Of a DNA stretch of 64,000 nt, positions 12,945 through 25,149 are shown one piece after another. The position numbers and the translations under genes were made by a program. This DNA comes from Chiloscyllium plagiosum. Taxonomy: Eukaryota. Numbering within the stretch: position 1 is the first letter of the stretch; each line of letters starts with the position of its first letter. Where the stretch lies: positions 17,579,558 through 17,643,557 of the forward strand of contig NC_057720.1 in NCBI RefSeq assembly GCF_004010195.1, written 5' to 3'. The notes below the pieces were generated by a model. That model had not been told where the DNA came from. It saw only the letters and a program-made list of their open reading frames with translations, and ran no database searches.

Positions 12945-13514
12945 TAGAAGTAGGGTAATAGCAGGTTGCTCATGTTGCTTTTGGGGTGAGTCAGATGAGA
13001 CATGAACACAGAATGAAACAATCCCCACTCTAGATATTTGTAAAAGACTCAACATACAGATATATACAAAAGCTCACATGGAAAATTTGGCTGTTTGCAT
13101 TTCAGATCTTAGGCATTCTGTTTTAATATTTTCTAGTCTCTGCAGTATTTTGCTTCATTTCTACAATTGTTATAATTTCCCATGGAAGCAAAGTTTGATG
13201 GAAAATCCCAATGACTGTAATGCATGTATAAATATGAATTTTAATGTGATCAAGCCTTTTATGTGCTTTACCTACTCTCTTCATCCAGGTTTGCTTATGG
13301 GCACTGATAAATGAATCTATTGGGGACATGCGAATTATTTCTCACCCGTGTTACCAATGCTGACCGTTGTGTTAATTATTTTGTATGATATATATTCCAG
13401 ATGTCTTTGGATGAATAGGAAAAAAAAAGTACAAATGTTATGAGAGACATTATTAGAAAGAAACTTTCCAGAAAACAGTTGGTGAAATTGTTTCCCCTTC
13501 TTATTCTGTAATAG

Positions 13515-13813
13515 GCAAATTTATACAGCAGATCGAAAAGTAGACCATCTTGAAGAAGAGCTGCTCTTGAACAAAGAGCCCAATCGAGGAGGATTGAAGA
13601 CTGAAGAAACTTGCTCTCTCAATAGTGTTTTTCATAATTTGGGCATGAGCAGTAGTGATAGATATCTGCCATTTAATAATTTTCCTCCTGATAATCAGAC
13701 CTTGGAAATGAATGAAGAGATGTTGACCTCAAGCCTGTTGGAAGATGATATGCCTGAAGCAATGTTTGATATGCCTGAGGAAACCGAAGCAGCGGATGAG
13801 GTTTTATCCAGTG
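13515..13813 (+). CDS. BTBD8: BTBD8 coding exon: end of first BTB domain plus acidic linker (QIYTADRKVDHLEEELL...DEVLSS); upstream exons not found in window
   Basis: taatag| acceptor, open frame (part = ORF 13567-13821), G|gtaggt phase-1 donor compatible with next exon; start resembles human BTBD8 IIYSSNRNIKNYEEEIL (recalled). Confidence 0.8.
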
Positions 13814-14780
13814 GTAGGTAACAGCCAAAGTAATAACTTTTCCATTTTATTTTGTCAGTTATGCTTCATTCTAACCTTGGCCATTTCCTAACTTTTCTTG
13901 AATGCTTGAAATTGCATGAGTCTTGGCTTTTGCTTTCCATTTATAACTAAAGTTGTCTATGAACAGGTAGGGGTATTCCTTCATGAAGGGCCAATATTTT
14001 AAAATTTTAAAAGTAGTGGAAAATTGTCTTAACCAGTGGATGCCTTTTATGAAATGCTGCCAAGCTTTAGTTTTTGGAACTGCTCTAAGGGTTGTCATGT
14101 TGAGGTGGTGGAGCAAGCAAGAAGGGCTGAATTGTCTGCTTCTGCTCCTAGTTCTTCGGTTCCTTCATTTACGGTCACTCCTCTATATCTGCAATAGGTC
14201 TTCCTGAGAGCTCCTGTGATTGATGAAATTTGAGAGTGGCAGAGCTCGTTTGAAAATAGGTTAAAACTGCCGAAATGCGAGGTTTGCCTGCAAGTGTTCA
14301 ATTATGTTGCTACTTATTTTTTTTGGTGTGGCTAGACAATTTTGCAAGTTGTGATCTCAAGGATACAGAGAATTTAGTGGAAATGTTTTCTTATTGGATG
14401 GCAGAGGACACTCTCAGACCTTGAGACCTATTCCTGTTTTTCTCCCAAATTGACTTCAGGCTGCCAAGTGAAAATAGAATATCCGTCCTTGCTCGTCAAT
14501 CCTACAGGGCAGTATGATCTGAATGGGACTTGCATTATGTAGTGATGTTATTGGTGGCTAGTGGCACAAACCACAACTAGGAAAAAGGCTTTCTAATCTA
14601 ATCTCAATTGAAAGTTTAATATGGTCTCAGCTGTTTTGTTGCATGGGTTATACTGTTTACTGGGAGATTTGTTATATGGACTGCAGCAACCAATTTGAAA
14701 CCAAGCTCGCAAAAAGAAAAGCAACCTATGTTTTTAATGCTTTAACTCTTTAACATCTGATGATATCTTCTCTGGAACAG

Positions 14781-14898
14781 ATGATTCTGCACCAGAGCCA
14801 GCATCTATACTGGGTGCTGATCTCTTATCCCTATATCGGAAAGGATGTTGTCCTGACATAACCCTTCATGTTGAGAACAGAACTTTTCATGCACACAG
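14781..14898 (+). CDS. BTBD8: BTBD8 exon, start of second BTB domain (DDSAPEPASILGADLLSLYRKGCCPDITLHVENRTFHAHR)
   Basis: aacag| ... AG|gtattg; BTB motif D-I-x-L-x-V...F-x-A-H-R; matches recalled human EPASELGEDLLKLY...CCPDI...FKAHR. Confidence 0.95.
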
Positions 14899-15477
14899 GT
14901 ATTGTACAATTAATTATGCCAGCATATTTGCTATCAAACAGGCATGAAGTGTTTGTGTTATTTTCTTACCAATATATTGATAGAGGTAATTGAACCTAAA
15001 TGTCAAAGTCTTTCTTTATTGAGGTTCTGTGTATGTGTATATATGTACACCCATATTGCAATGTTGTACACAAAGAAATTGATTTTGCTACATGAAATAT
15101 TACCATGGTTTTGTTCGTCTATCTCATTAGCATTCAAATTTTATAGACTACTTTGGATGACTGAAATGTCTACTTTTCAGCATTTTGGAATTCGTTTGAG
15201 AAAACCAAGTCTTTTTATGGGAAGAGGCATGAACTTTTTGCTTCTCATTCCCTTTTCCAATTATGATCCAGGTATTAACTTTTCCTGTTAATGATATGGT
15301 GTAACAGTTTTGAAATTCCGGAAGTGTTGGTTCATCTTGTGTTTTTATTGCTTCACTAAGAAGTCACCAAATTGTATATTTTCTGCTTCTATCAATGAGT
15401 TCATTACACAACCTCAGTTGAGTCCAGTCAGGTTGATGTGCTATTTTTAACTTGTGTAAACAAAAAGTATGAAATAG

Positions 15478-15633
<156 letters not shown>

Positions 15634-16075
15634 TAAGTATGATTACAAGGCGGCAATGGGAAGGGAGTAATGGTTTACCAGGGAACATTTTTGACACCTG
15701 TGCACAATCCCTGTGATGCACATGAAAAAAATAGTTGAAACAAAATTTTGTTAAACGTGAGGAAACTGTTTGGCTTTTATCTGTGGATAAAAGAAAATGG
15801 GAAATGAGTGGAGCACTGCTTTTGAATATGTTCTACTGTGCAACAGAAGTAGCAACAAATTCAGGAGGTCAATGAGTTCTTGAAAAATGATTTTGATATT
15901 TTCCATATATTTTAGTATTGCTGTGCAAAGACGATTAAGGTGAATGAAATGAAAATCTGCAAGCTTACCAATGTTTCACAATTTTATATGAAATACTTTA
16001 AGTTTGTTATTCTGTTGCCACAGTGTCTAACTTAAGAGAGAATTAAGGTAATTAATATTGGCAGAGGAAACACCA

Positions 16076-16234
16076 CAGTGGAACCTTAATTATCCAGCAT
16101 TTGATTATCTGAATTTCGGATTATCCAGCAAGATTGCATGGTCCTGACGCTTGGCTAAACGGTGTTATCCTGTGTTCAATTATCCAAACAAAGTACTCTC
16201 CACCCATGTTGTTAGGATAATCAAGGTTTCTCTG
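16076..16234. mobile_element. Tigger/pogo-like MITE nested in old CR1
   Basis: TIRs cagtggaaccttaattatcc / ggataatcaaggtttctctg. Confidence 0.7.
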
Positions 16235-16239
16235 TGCTT

Positions 16240-17500
16240 GAGAAGCTAAAATCTGATCAAACTCCAGGATCTAATGTTCTAACAAGATCTGTTTAGAGAC
16301 AATGGTTGCCTTCACTCTGCCTTTCCAAAATTCCCTAGATTCTGAGATAGTCCTGGTTTATAAATAAATGTAACACTGCTATTTGAGAAAGGCAAGAGGG
16401 AGATACTTGGGCACTACAGTTAGTCTGTCATCTGGAAGGCACCAGAATCTCTTTTTAGGGAAGCCTGATAACTGTTTTTATGAAAGGTGAATCAGGTTTG
16501 ACAATTTTAAAAATATTTTTTGGGAATGTAATTAGTGCGGTAGTAAAAGGGGAACCAGTAAATAGAGTAATCCTGGATTTCCAAATAGCTTTTGATTAAA
16601 GTTCTATACAGAATTTTATTGGGTAAGATAAGGACTTGTTGATTTGGAGGTGCTGTGTTAACATTAATGGAGGGTTGATTAATAGACTGAAAGCAAGATA
16701 ACGCAGGCATAAATGAGGTATTTTCAAGTTGACAGGTTCTGTCTCCTGCAGTGCTGCAATGATCAGTTTTGTCCTTTAATGAAAAGTCAGTGACGTGTTT
16801 AGGTTTTCTGATAATACAAACTAGATGTAATTGTAAGTTGAGTATGCAGGCTGCAATGGGATATAGATGGATGAGTGGGTAATAACATGGCAGATGGAGT
16901 ATAACGTGAGCGTGAGATTATTCTCTTTGGTAAACATGGAAAAACAATATTTTTTCAAGTGCGAATTTTGAAAATATCGATTATTCTTGGCAACAAGGAA
17001 CACAAAGTTAGTGCACAAGTATATCAACAAATTGAAATGCAAATTGTTTGCTGTCCATTATTGCAATTGGATTGCAGTACGAAAACAAAGAAGCCTTGCC
17101 ATAATTATACAGGACTTGTTGAGACCACACCTTAGTGGAATACTGTGTGCATTTTTGGTCTCCATATTTAAGGATGGATATAATTATGTTGGAGGCAGTT
17201 CATTGCAGGATTAGTCCCTGGGATGAGATGGTTGTCCAATGATAGACTGAATAAATATGACTGATTTTGTTTGGAGCCTAGAAAAATAAGGTGGTCTCAT
17301 TAAAATATACACTATTTTGAAGGGGTTTGAAATGCTAGATACAGCCTGTTTCTCATGTCTGTAGAAGCTAGAACATGGGAGCACAGTGCAAAGATAAGGG
17401 AGTGATTTGTTTCAGACTAAATTGAGGAAGAATTGTGAATCTTTGGAATGCTATACTTCAGAAGATCATGAATGCTCCATCTCTAAATATATCCTGAAAT
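16240..17500 (+). mobile_element. Highly decayed CR1 LINE
   Basis: LDFQIAFDKV, LLRPHL remnants. Confidence 0.7.
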
Positions 17501-17531
17501 TCCCCTTGAGATCAAGAACTTATAAACAGTT

Positions 17532-17822
17532 GATTAGATTAGAGAACTTAGTGTGGAAACGGGCCCTTTGGCCCAACACGTCCACACCAACCCGCCGAAG
17601 CGTAACCCATTCCCCTACATTTACCTAACACTACGGGCAATTTAGCATGGCCAATTCACCTAACCTGCACATTTTAGGACTGTTGGAGGAAACTGGGAGC
17701 ACCTGGAGGAAACCCACGCAGACACTGAGAGAATGTGCAAACTACACACAGTCGCCTGAGGCGGGAATTGAACCTGGGTCTCTGGCTCTGTGAGGCAGCA
17801 GTGCTAACCACTGTGCTGCCCA
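17532..17822 (-). mobile_element. HE1-type tRNA-SINE
   Basis: Near-complete copy, reverse complement of 41853-42161. Confidence 0.88.
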
Positions 17823-18799
17823 CAATTTCACTTTAAAGAATTTTCCTGTAAACAAAAAAATCAACATCTGACCAAATGTTACCAGAACAAACCCTTTCTT
17901 TATATTGAAATTATTTTCTCACTACCTGACACAACCGTATTTAAAAAATTAAGTTTGCTGTGTGTTTTGCAGTATTTTCTAGCTTGCGTTGGTTAGAGTT
18001 CACGTCCTTTTATATTTCTATTCTTTTCTTTCTTGACTAGCATAAATAACTAACATCTTAGATCTGTAGTTAAAGATCAACAAGGAGATCCAAATGCATG
18101 CTGTCTATGGTCTCCGCAAAGAGCATTTTAAATAATCTGTTTGCTTTGCATGCTCTGTATCCATAAATGATTTCATTTCCCTTTCGTCACATTTTCTAGC
18201 TGATGTTATCCAATTTATTGAAAAACGTTCCAGAAATATGCACGTATTATCTGGTTAATTGTGTAATCTAGGATATCGTTCTGAAGTGATTATTATGTAA
18301 ATAAATTCATTGGCACATTGCTAACAACATCTCAGCATTTCTCTTTTGAGGAAAAATAAATCGCAGAAGAAGCTTTCATTTATTTGAAGGAATTTTGGGA
18401 ATGTGCTTTGGTTCCTAAATCATTTATCCATGCAATCTAAATTTCAGCTTTCAAGTAAAACACGAAACTCTGGATGCTGTAGATCTGAAACAAAGAGAAA
18501 TTTTCGGAAAGACTTGCGTTCTGGTGAAGAGCCACTGGATTCGAAACATTAACTCTGTTTCCTCCCTACAGATGCTGCCAGACCTACTGGGTTTCTCCAG
18601 CAATTTGTTTTATTTTCAGCTTCAAAGTGTTGTCTTTAGGCAAAAGTCGAAGTAGGAAACAGCATATTAAATGGGGCTTTAGCAACTGATAATTAACACC
18701 AGTTATGTTTCATACATAGTAAGAGATAAAGGAATCTTTCTTTTCTTGACACAAACTCAGTTTGGGCTTTTTATATGATAATTGTTTTGTTTACCCAGT

Positions 18800-19365
18800 A
18801 TATTTGGGACAAGAGAAAGGAGGTGATGATGGAGCAGTACGTGACATTAGTTAGACCACAGCTGGGATACTGTGTGCAGGGGTGGATGCTGCACTGTAGA
18901 ATGGATGTGATTGCATGAGAGAAAGTGTAGAAGGGGCTTTTCAGGATGTTGCCTGGGCAGTAAGCAATTCCACAATGAAGACACCAGATTAGACTGGCAT
19001 TGTTTCCCTGAGAGCAGAGAGAGCTGAGGTGTACAGAGTTGTGAGGGGCATAGACAGGATAGATAGGGAGAAATGCTCCACTTTAGTGGAGGGGTCAGTA
19101 ACCAGGGTGCACAATTTTAAGGTAAGGAGCAGGAGTTTAGCGAGACTTCAGGAAATACTTTTTTTTTTACCCATTGGGTTTGGGTATCAGGAACTCGCTA
19201 AAAGAGACTCGTAAGATATTTAAGGACTATTTAAGTAGATGCTTGAAATATCATCATGTGCTAGGCTACAGCCCAAATGCTGAAAAATGGAATTAGGATA
19301 AATAGATGTTTGACTACCGCAGACACAACGGGCTGAAGGGCCTCTTTCTGTACTATAAAATCCTG
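18800..19365 (+). mobile_element. CR1/HER1 LINE 3' fragment
   Basis: LVRPQLGYCVQ...; 3' UTR gggctgaagggcct. Confidence 0.75.
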
Positions 19366-19964
19366 ACTCTGATGTAAGTTGAAGTTCTATGGGCATGCAA
19401 CATGGAATATCGCAGAGGGCATTTGGCCTGTCACAACTGTAATGGTCCATGCAAGAATAATCCACCTTCATTGCCATTTCCCTCATTGTCCTGCAAATTG
19501 TTTCCACTTCAAATAATAACCCAGTCCCATCTTGAAAGCCAAGCCTCAACCTGCCTCCACACCTGTAGGTAGTCAATTCCAGAGTCTGATCACCAACTCT
19601 GTAAAATGTTTTATTTCTCTTATCACCGTTGCTTCTTTTGGTAATCAGTGAACATTTTAGCAAGTTTGGGTGGCATTATTATTGAGCAATATCTTCCAAC
19701 AATGAGATTCTAATCTTGACTGTCATTGGGACAGTGCAATGAATATGTAGTTAGTGAAGCAAAGCTTTGAGCCATTCCTGAGCATGCAAAGGCCACCTGA
19801 GGGCAGCATTAGATAGAATCCAAGAATAGGTTGTCTACCTGGGATTTTTTTTTCTTTGGAGACAATGTGTAGAGTTTTTTGCGAGTTGCAGTTGTTTGTG
19901 AATAGTCTTCCCTCTTGCAGTGTTTTCCATGTGATTCATTAAAAATGTTCTATTTTAATTACAG

Positions 19965-20045
19965 CGTGAGCCATGTGGAGATGGAAATAATGATAAACTT
20001 TTTATATGGAGCCATTTTAGACTTGCCCAAAGAAGTTCTTCCACG
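19965..20045 (+). CDS. BTBD8: BTBD8 exon (VSHVEMEIMINFLYGAILDLPKEVLPR)
   Basis: ttacag| ... CG|gtaaga; 81 nt, phase 2-2; BTB FLYG motif. Confidence 0.94.
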
Positions 20046-20182
20046 GTAAGATTATTTCTGGTTTCAACTTAAGTATGACCTGAGGAAATGGTGTTTGTCC
20101 ATCTAATAATATTTAATGATAATATGTATTTTAGGAAATGTAAAATATTTTAGGATTTTACTGTGAAACATTTATTAAATCT

Positions 20183-20425
20183 TTCTCCCTACGTCTGCAG
20201 GGATTTCTGCCACGTGCTCCAGTTTCACCCCTCCATGTGCAGCCCAGGTGTTTGATGACGCTAAATTGCGCATAGTGTTCAGGGATATGTAGGTTAGGTA
20301 CGTTAGCCATGGCAAATGCAGGGTTGCAGGGAAAGGGTAAGGGATGGGTCTGGGTGGGATGCTCTTCGGAGGGTCGGTGTGGACTCACTGAGCTGAATGA
20401 CCTGTTTCCACACTAAGGATTTTAT
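20183..20425 (+). mobile_element. HE1-type SINE, 5'-truncated
   Basis: Body and tail homologous to 6399-6760. Confidence 0.8.
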
Positions 20426-20624
20426 TATAAATGTCTATAGTACAATTACCTCTGTCTCTTTCAGTGGAGAATAATGCTGGCTTTGGGAGAAAGCTGGGAA
20501 CTTGCTGCTTCTTTAAAATAGAGAATCAAGATGTAATGAAGAGAACCACAAATGGAGCCTTTGCTTGCTGGGAAGATGTTTGATGGCCCAAATGGCCTTG
20601 CTCACTTTTCCTTACCAGTTTTTT

Positions 20625-23290
20625 TTGTTTTTTTTTTGGTTTATTAATTCATGGGATGTGGGCACCGTTGACTGGGCTAACATTTATTGTCCATTCCTAG
20701 TTGCCCTTAAGGTGGTGGAGAGTTTCTTTCTTGAACTGCTGTCCATTTGCTGTAGGTGGACCCAGAGTGCTGTTGGGCAGGGAGTTCAGTATTTTGACTC
20801 AGTGATGTATTTCCAAGACACTTACCACCCTGACTTGGAGGGGAACTTGAAGCTGGTGGTGTTCCCATGTATCTGCTGCCCTTGTCCTTCGAGATGGTAG
20901 TGTTTGTGCTTTGGAAGATGTTGCTCTAAGGAGCTTTGGCAAATTAATGTAGTGTGTCTTGTCAGTGGTTTACATTGCTGCTACTGAGCATCGGTGCTGG
21001 AGGGAGTGAATGTCTGTGGATGTTGTGCCAGTCAAGTGGGCTGTTTTGCCCTGGGTGAAGTTTCTTGAATGTTGTTGGAGCTGCACCCAACCAAGCAAGT
21101 TGAGAGTTTTCCACCACACTCCTGACTTGTATCTTTTGTAGGTGGTCAGGCTTTGGGGAGTTGTGAGGTGAGTTACTTGCTGCAGTATATCTAGCCTCTG
21201 ACCTGCCCTTTTAGCCACTGTATTTATATGGCTACTTCAATTGACCTTTTGGTAACCCTAAGATGTTAGTGGGGCATTCAGTGATGGCAATGTCATTGAA
21301 TGTCAAGCGATGAAGTTTAGATTCTCTCTCGTTGGAAATGGTCATTTTCTGGCACTTGTATGTCATTAAATCATTTTAAGGACGAAACAGTAACTAGGGA
21401 GAGAATAGAGCCCCTCAAAGGTCAGCAAGGCGACCTTTGTGTGGAGACACAGAAGATGGGGGAGATACTCAACAAGTATTTTGCATCAGTATTTACTGTG
21501 AAGAAGGGCTTGGAAGATATAGAATATAGGGAAATAGATGGTGACAACTTGAAAAACGTCCATATTACAGAGGAGGAAGTGCTGGATGTCTTGAAACACA
21601 TAAAAGTGGATAAATCCCCATGACCTGATCAGGTGTACCTGAGAACTCTGTGGGGAGCTAGGGAAGTGATTCCTGGGCCTCTTACTGAGATATTTGTATC
21701 ATTCGATAGTCACAGGTGAAGTGCCGGAAGACTGGAGGTTGGCTAATGTGGTGCCACTGTTTAAGAAGGTTGGTAAGGTCAAGCCAGGGAACTATAGACC
21801 AGTGAACCTGACGTCTGTGGTGAGCAGGCTTTTGGAGGGAATTCTGAGGGACAGGATTTACATGTATTTTGAAAGGCAAGGACTAATTAGGGATAGTCAG
21901 CTTAGCTTTGTGTGTGGGAAATCATGCCTCACAAACTTGATTGAGTTTTTTGAAGAAGTAACAGAGATTGAGGGCAGAGCAGTAGACGTGATCTATATGG
22001 ACTTCAGTAAGGCATTCGACAAGGTTCCCCATGGGAGACTGGTTAGCAAGGTTAGATCTCATGGAACACAGAGAACTAGCCATTTGGATACAGAACTGAC
22101 TCGGGTAGAAGCCAGGTGGTGGTGGAGAGTTGTTTTTCAGACTGGTGGCCTGTGACCAGTGCAGTGCCACAAGGATCAGTGCTGGATCCACTACTTTTGA
22201 TCATTTATACAAATGATTTGAATGTGAGCATAAGAGGTATAGTTAGTAAGTTTGCAGATGACACCAAAATTGGAGATGTAGTGGACAGTGAAGAAGGGTA
22301 CCTCCTGATTACAATGGGATCTTGATCAGATGGGCCAATGAGCTGAGAAGTGGCAGATGGAGTTAAATTTAGATAAATGCAAGATGCTGCATTTTGGGAA
22401 AACAAATCTTAGCAGGACTTATACACCACCTGGGGAATTTTGCTGAACAAAGAGATCTTGGAGCGCAGGTTCATAGCTCCTTGAAAGTGGAGTCGTAGGT
22501 AGATAGGATAGTGACGAAGGCGTTGGTATACTTTCCTTTATTGGTCAGAGTATTGAGTACAGGAGTTGGGAGGTCATGTTGCGGCTGTACAGGTCATTGG
22601 TTAGGCCACTGTTGGAATATTGCATGCAATTCTGGTCTCCTTCCTATTGGAAAGATGTTGTGAAACTTGAAAGGGTTCAGAAACGATTTACAAGGATGTT
22701 GCCAGAGTTGGAGGATTTGAGTTACAGGGAGAGGCTGAACAGGTTGGGCTGTTTTCCCTGGAGCATCAGAAGCTAAAGGGTGACCTTATAGAGGTTTACA
22801 AAATCATGAGCATGGATAAGATAAATAGACAAGGTCTTTTCCTTGGGGTTTGGGGGTGGTGGGGGGGGGTGGAGTCCAGAACTAGAGGGCATAGGTTTAA
22901 GGTGAGAGGTGAAGGATATACAAGAGACCTAAGGGGCAACCTTTTCATGCAGAGGGTGGTGCATGTGTGGAATGGTCTGCCAGAGGAAGTGGTGGAGGGT
23001 AGTATAATTGCAACATTTAAAAGGTATCCTAATGGATATATGAATAGGAAGGGTTTGGACTGGGTGCTGGCAGGTGGAACTAGATTGGGTTGGGATATCT
23101 GGTTGGCATCGACAGGTTGGACCGAGGGGTCTGTTTTTGTGCTGTACATCTCTGACACTCTAAATGGCACTCGGCACTTGACAGTCCAAGTCTGGATAAT
23201 GCACAGGTCTTGCTAAGTTTGGACATGGATAGCTTCAGTACCCACGGAGTCACAAATGGTGCTGAATGTTGCACAAATAGTGAGAAGTGG
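20625..23290 (-). mobile_element. Second non-LTR LINE family (CR1-group, distinct from HER1), 3' part, split by a HER1 insertion
   Basis: ORF remnant AKRAGQRL..HSLQHRCSVAA; 21210-21360 and 23165-23290 are reverse-complement homologous to 45250-45520. Confidence 0.75.
21372..23160 (+). mobile_element. HER1 (CR1-clade) LINE, 5'-truncated
   Basis: VPEDWRLANVVPLFKK, PGNYRPVNLTS, YMDFSKAFDKVPH, VPQGSVL, FADDTK; short taaat duplication at both ends. Confidence 0.9.
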
Positions 23291-23828
23291 GGAAGACTGA
23301 GGATGTGTTGATTGTTCTCCAGATGCTCAGACCACTGGCCATTTCTGTTAGTGTACCTGTTCCAATGAACAACTGGCAGACTTCAGTAAGACCCCAATTC
23401 TGGTTCTGAAGTGCATACTCCAAACTCAATTGGTGGATACCAGGAACTTGAGTCTGTTTATTTGCCAAGATATTTAAATCAATAGTTAATTAATTGCTGA
23501 TGTGGCATACAAATAATTGATTTATAAAAACATATTGTGAAACTGAATTGAAGTTTGTGGTTTTGTTTTGGTATTTTTGGCAAAAATGCTTTTGCTTAGA
23601 AAAAGTTTGGGGGGTGGTGAGAAAAGCTGAAAATGACTCCATCTTGAGGTCATTGTGTAAGAAGTTGGTATTTTTTTGAGCTGCGGGCAATGATCTTTTA
23701 GATTTTTAACTGTTCGACAAGAAGTTAAAAGAACAAAATGATCGTGCCTTGACGTTCAGTTGCAATAAGTAGGTTTGTATCAGAAGTCTGAACCTATCTT
23801 AGAGTTGTAGTATGAACTTTGCCATTGT

Positions 23829-23910
23829 TAAAATTCACGTGACTCTGGGTTATAGTCCAACAGGTTTATTTGAAATCGCATGCTTTCGGAGTGCTGCTCC
23901 TTCGTCAGGT
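23829..23910 (-). mobile_element. Family-C PLE fragment starting at a hammerhead-like motif
   Basis: Minus strand AC-CUGACGA-A-GGAGCAGCACUCC-GAAA-GCAU (cleavage triplet degenerate). Confidence 0.7.
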
Positions 23911-24059
23911 TCGTCGTCATTGGTAGGGCATGAATGGATTACAGCGGAGCAGCTGTCTGTTTTATACTCTGCTTGATCATCTCCTGCCATGACTAAGAAA
24001 AATAAGGTTGAGTCGTCCATTTTGTGCTATTGCCTCCTGAAAACCCATGATCCCATTGG

Positions 24060-24725
24060 ATGTCATCAGAGAAGGAGGGGAATAAAAAGAAGCTGACAAA
24101 AGAGATTACTGATCGTGAGGGGGAGAGAACTAAATGCTGAATGGGTGATAACAGGAAGTATGAATAGTTGACAATGTGTCAACTAAGCTGGGAGCAAGTC
24201 ATAGAGCAGGGTGTGGAGATGGATAACAAACATGGGGGAAGATGTTATGGGCTGTGAGGCTTCTAAGTGGAAGATGAGGTGGTGTTCTTGCAGCTTGCAT
24301 TGAATTTTACTGGAGCGCTGCAGCAGGCCAGAGACAAACATGGGAATGGGATCACGAGTGAGTTGAAGAAGCAAGCAACTGGAAACTTAGGGTAATTTTT
24401 AACAGAGCAATGGTGTTACACAAATGCATTTTTGTGTCTCCTCTGCACTGGAGACAATGTTTGTGATCAGCGAATGCAATAGACTAGATTGAGTGAAGTG
24501 CGGGTCAAGTTTTGCTTCACCCGGAATGTGTCTGGGGTCTTGGGTGGTGAGGAGGTAAATGGGGAATTGATGTCCCTTCTGCGATTTGAATGGGAAGGTG
24601 ACTGGGGGTTTGAGGGAATGGAGGAAGAATGAATGAGAGTACCCTGAAGGGAATGGTCCCTGTGAAACCTTGACAAGGGAAGGGAGGGGAATATGTCTGG
24701 TTTAGCATCCTGCTGGAAGTGGCAG
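24060..24725 (-). mobile_element. Old PLE fragment (GIY-YIG region, family-B-related)
   Basis: FHRDHSL...FRVKQNLTRTSLNLVYCIR; CKLQEHHLIFHL. Confidence 0.65.
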
Positions 24726-25149
24726 AAATTGTTACACTGTTTCTAATGTACGTGTCTTTAGTCCCTTTTACAGTAAGTTTTCATTCAGAGTTGCTCATTC
24801 AGTGTCATTCTGCTTTAAAGCCATAGAAAATAGTCCTTGGTAGCATGATATGACCTAATTGCCATTTTGGAACATCCCCTCCCAGCCCCCCCTCATAGTG
24901 ATGACTCGAGAGGTCAACAAGAAGTAAAAATGTTTGAGAATGGCATTTTGTCAGTTTTTTTTAGTCTAGCATTTATCACAGCAATTCAAAAGAATGTCAT
25001 ATTGAGGGGAAATACTGAGGAGAGTGCTGATCAGTTACCAAGTGAACTCTGGTGGAGGTAGTGCTATGGCGACTCACTTGATTGACAATTCCCAGTCCAG
25101 TGGGATACCTCCACCTCCACCTCCACCTCTATGCAGGGACCATTCCCCC

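Noticed and set aside
1..13500. Search for the first BTBD8 exons (first BTB domain) or another host gene
   Set aside because: No BTB-like reading frame with splice sites was found by eye; the region is mostly repeats, though a small exon could have been missed
13814..13823. Alternative donor AG|gtaaca at 13817/13818
   Set aside because: It gives phase 2, incompatible with the phase-1 start of exon 14781
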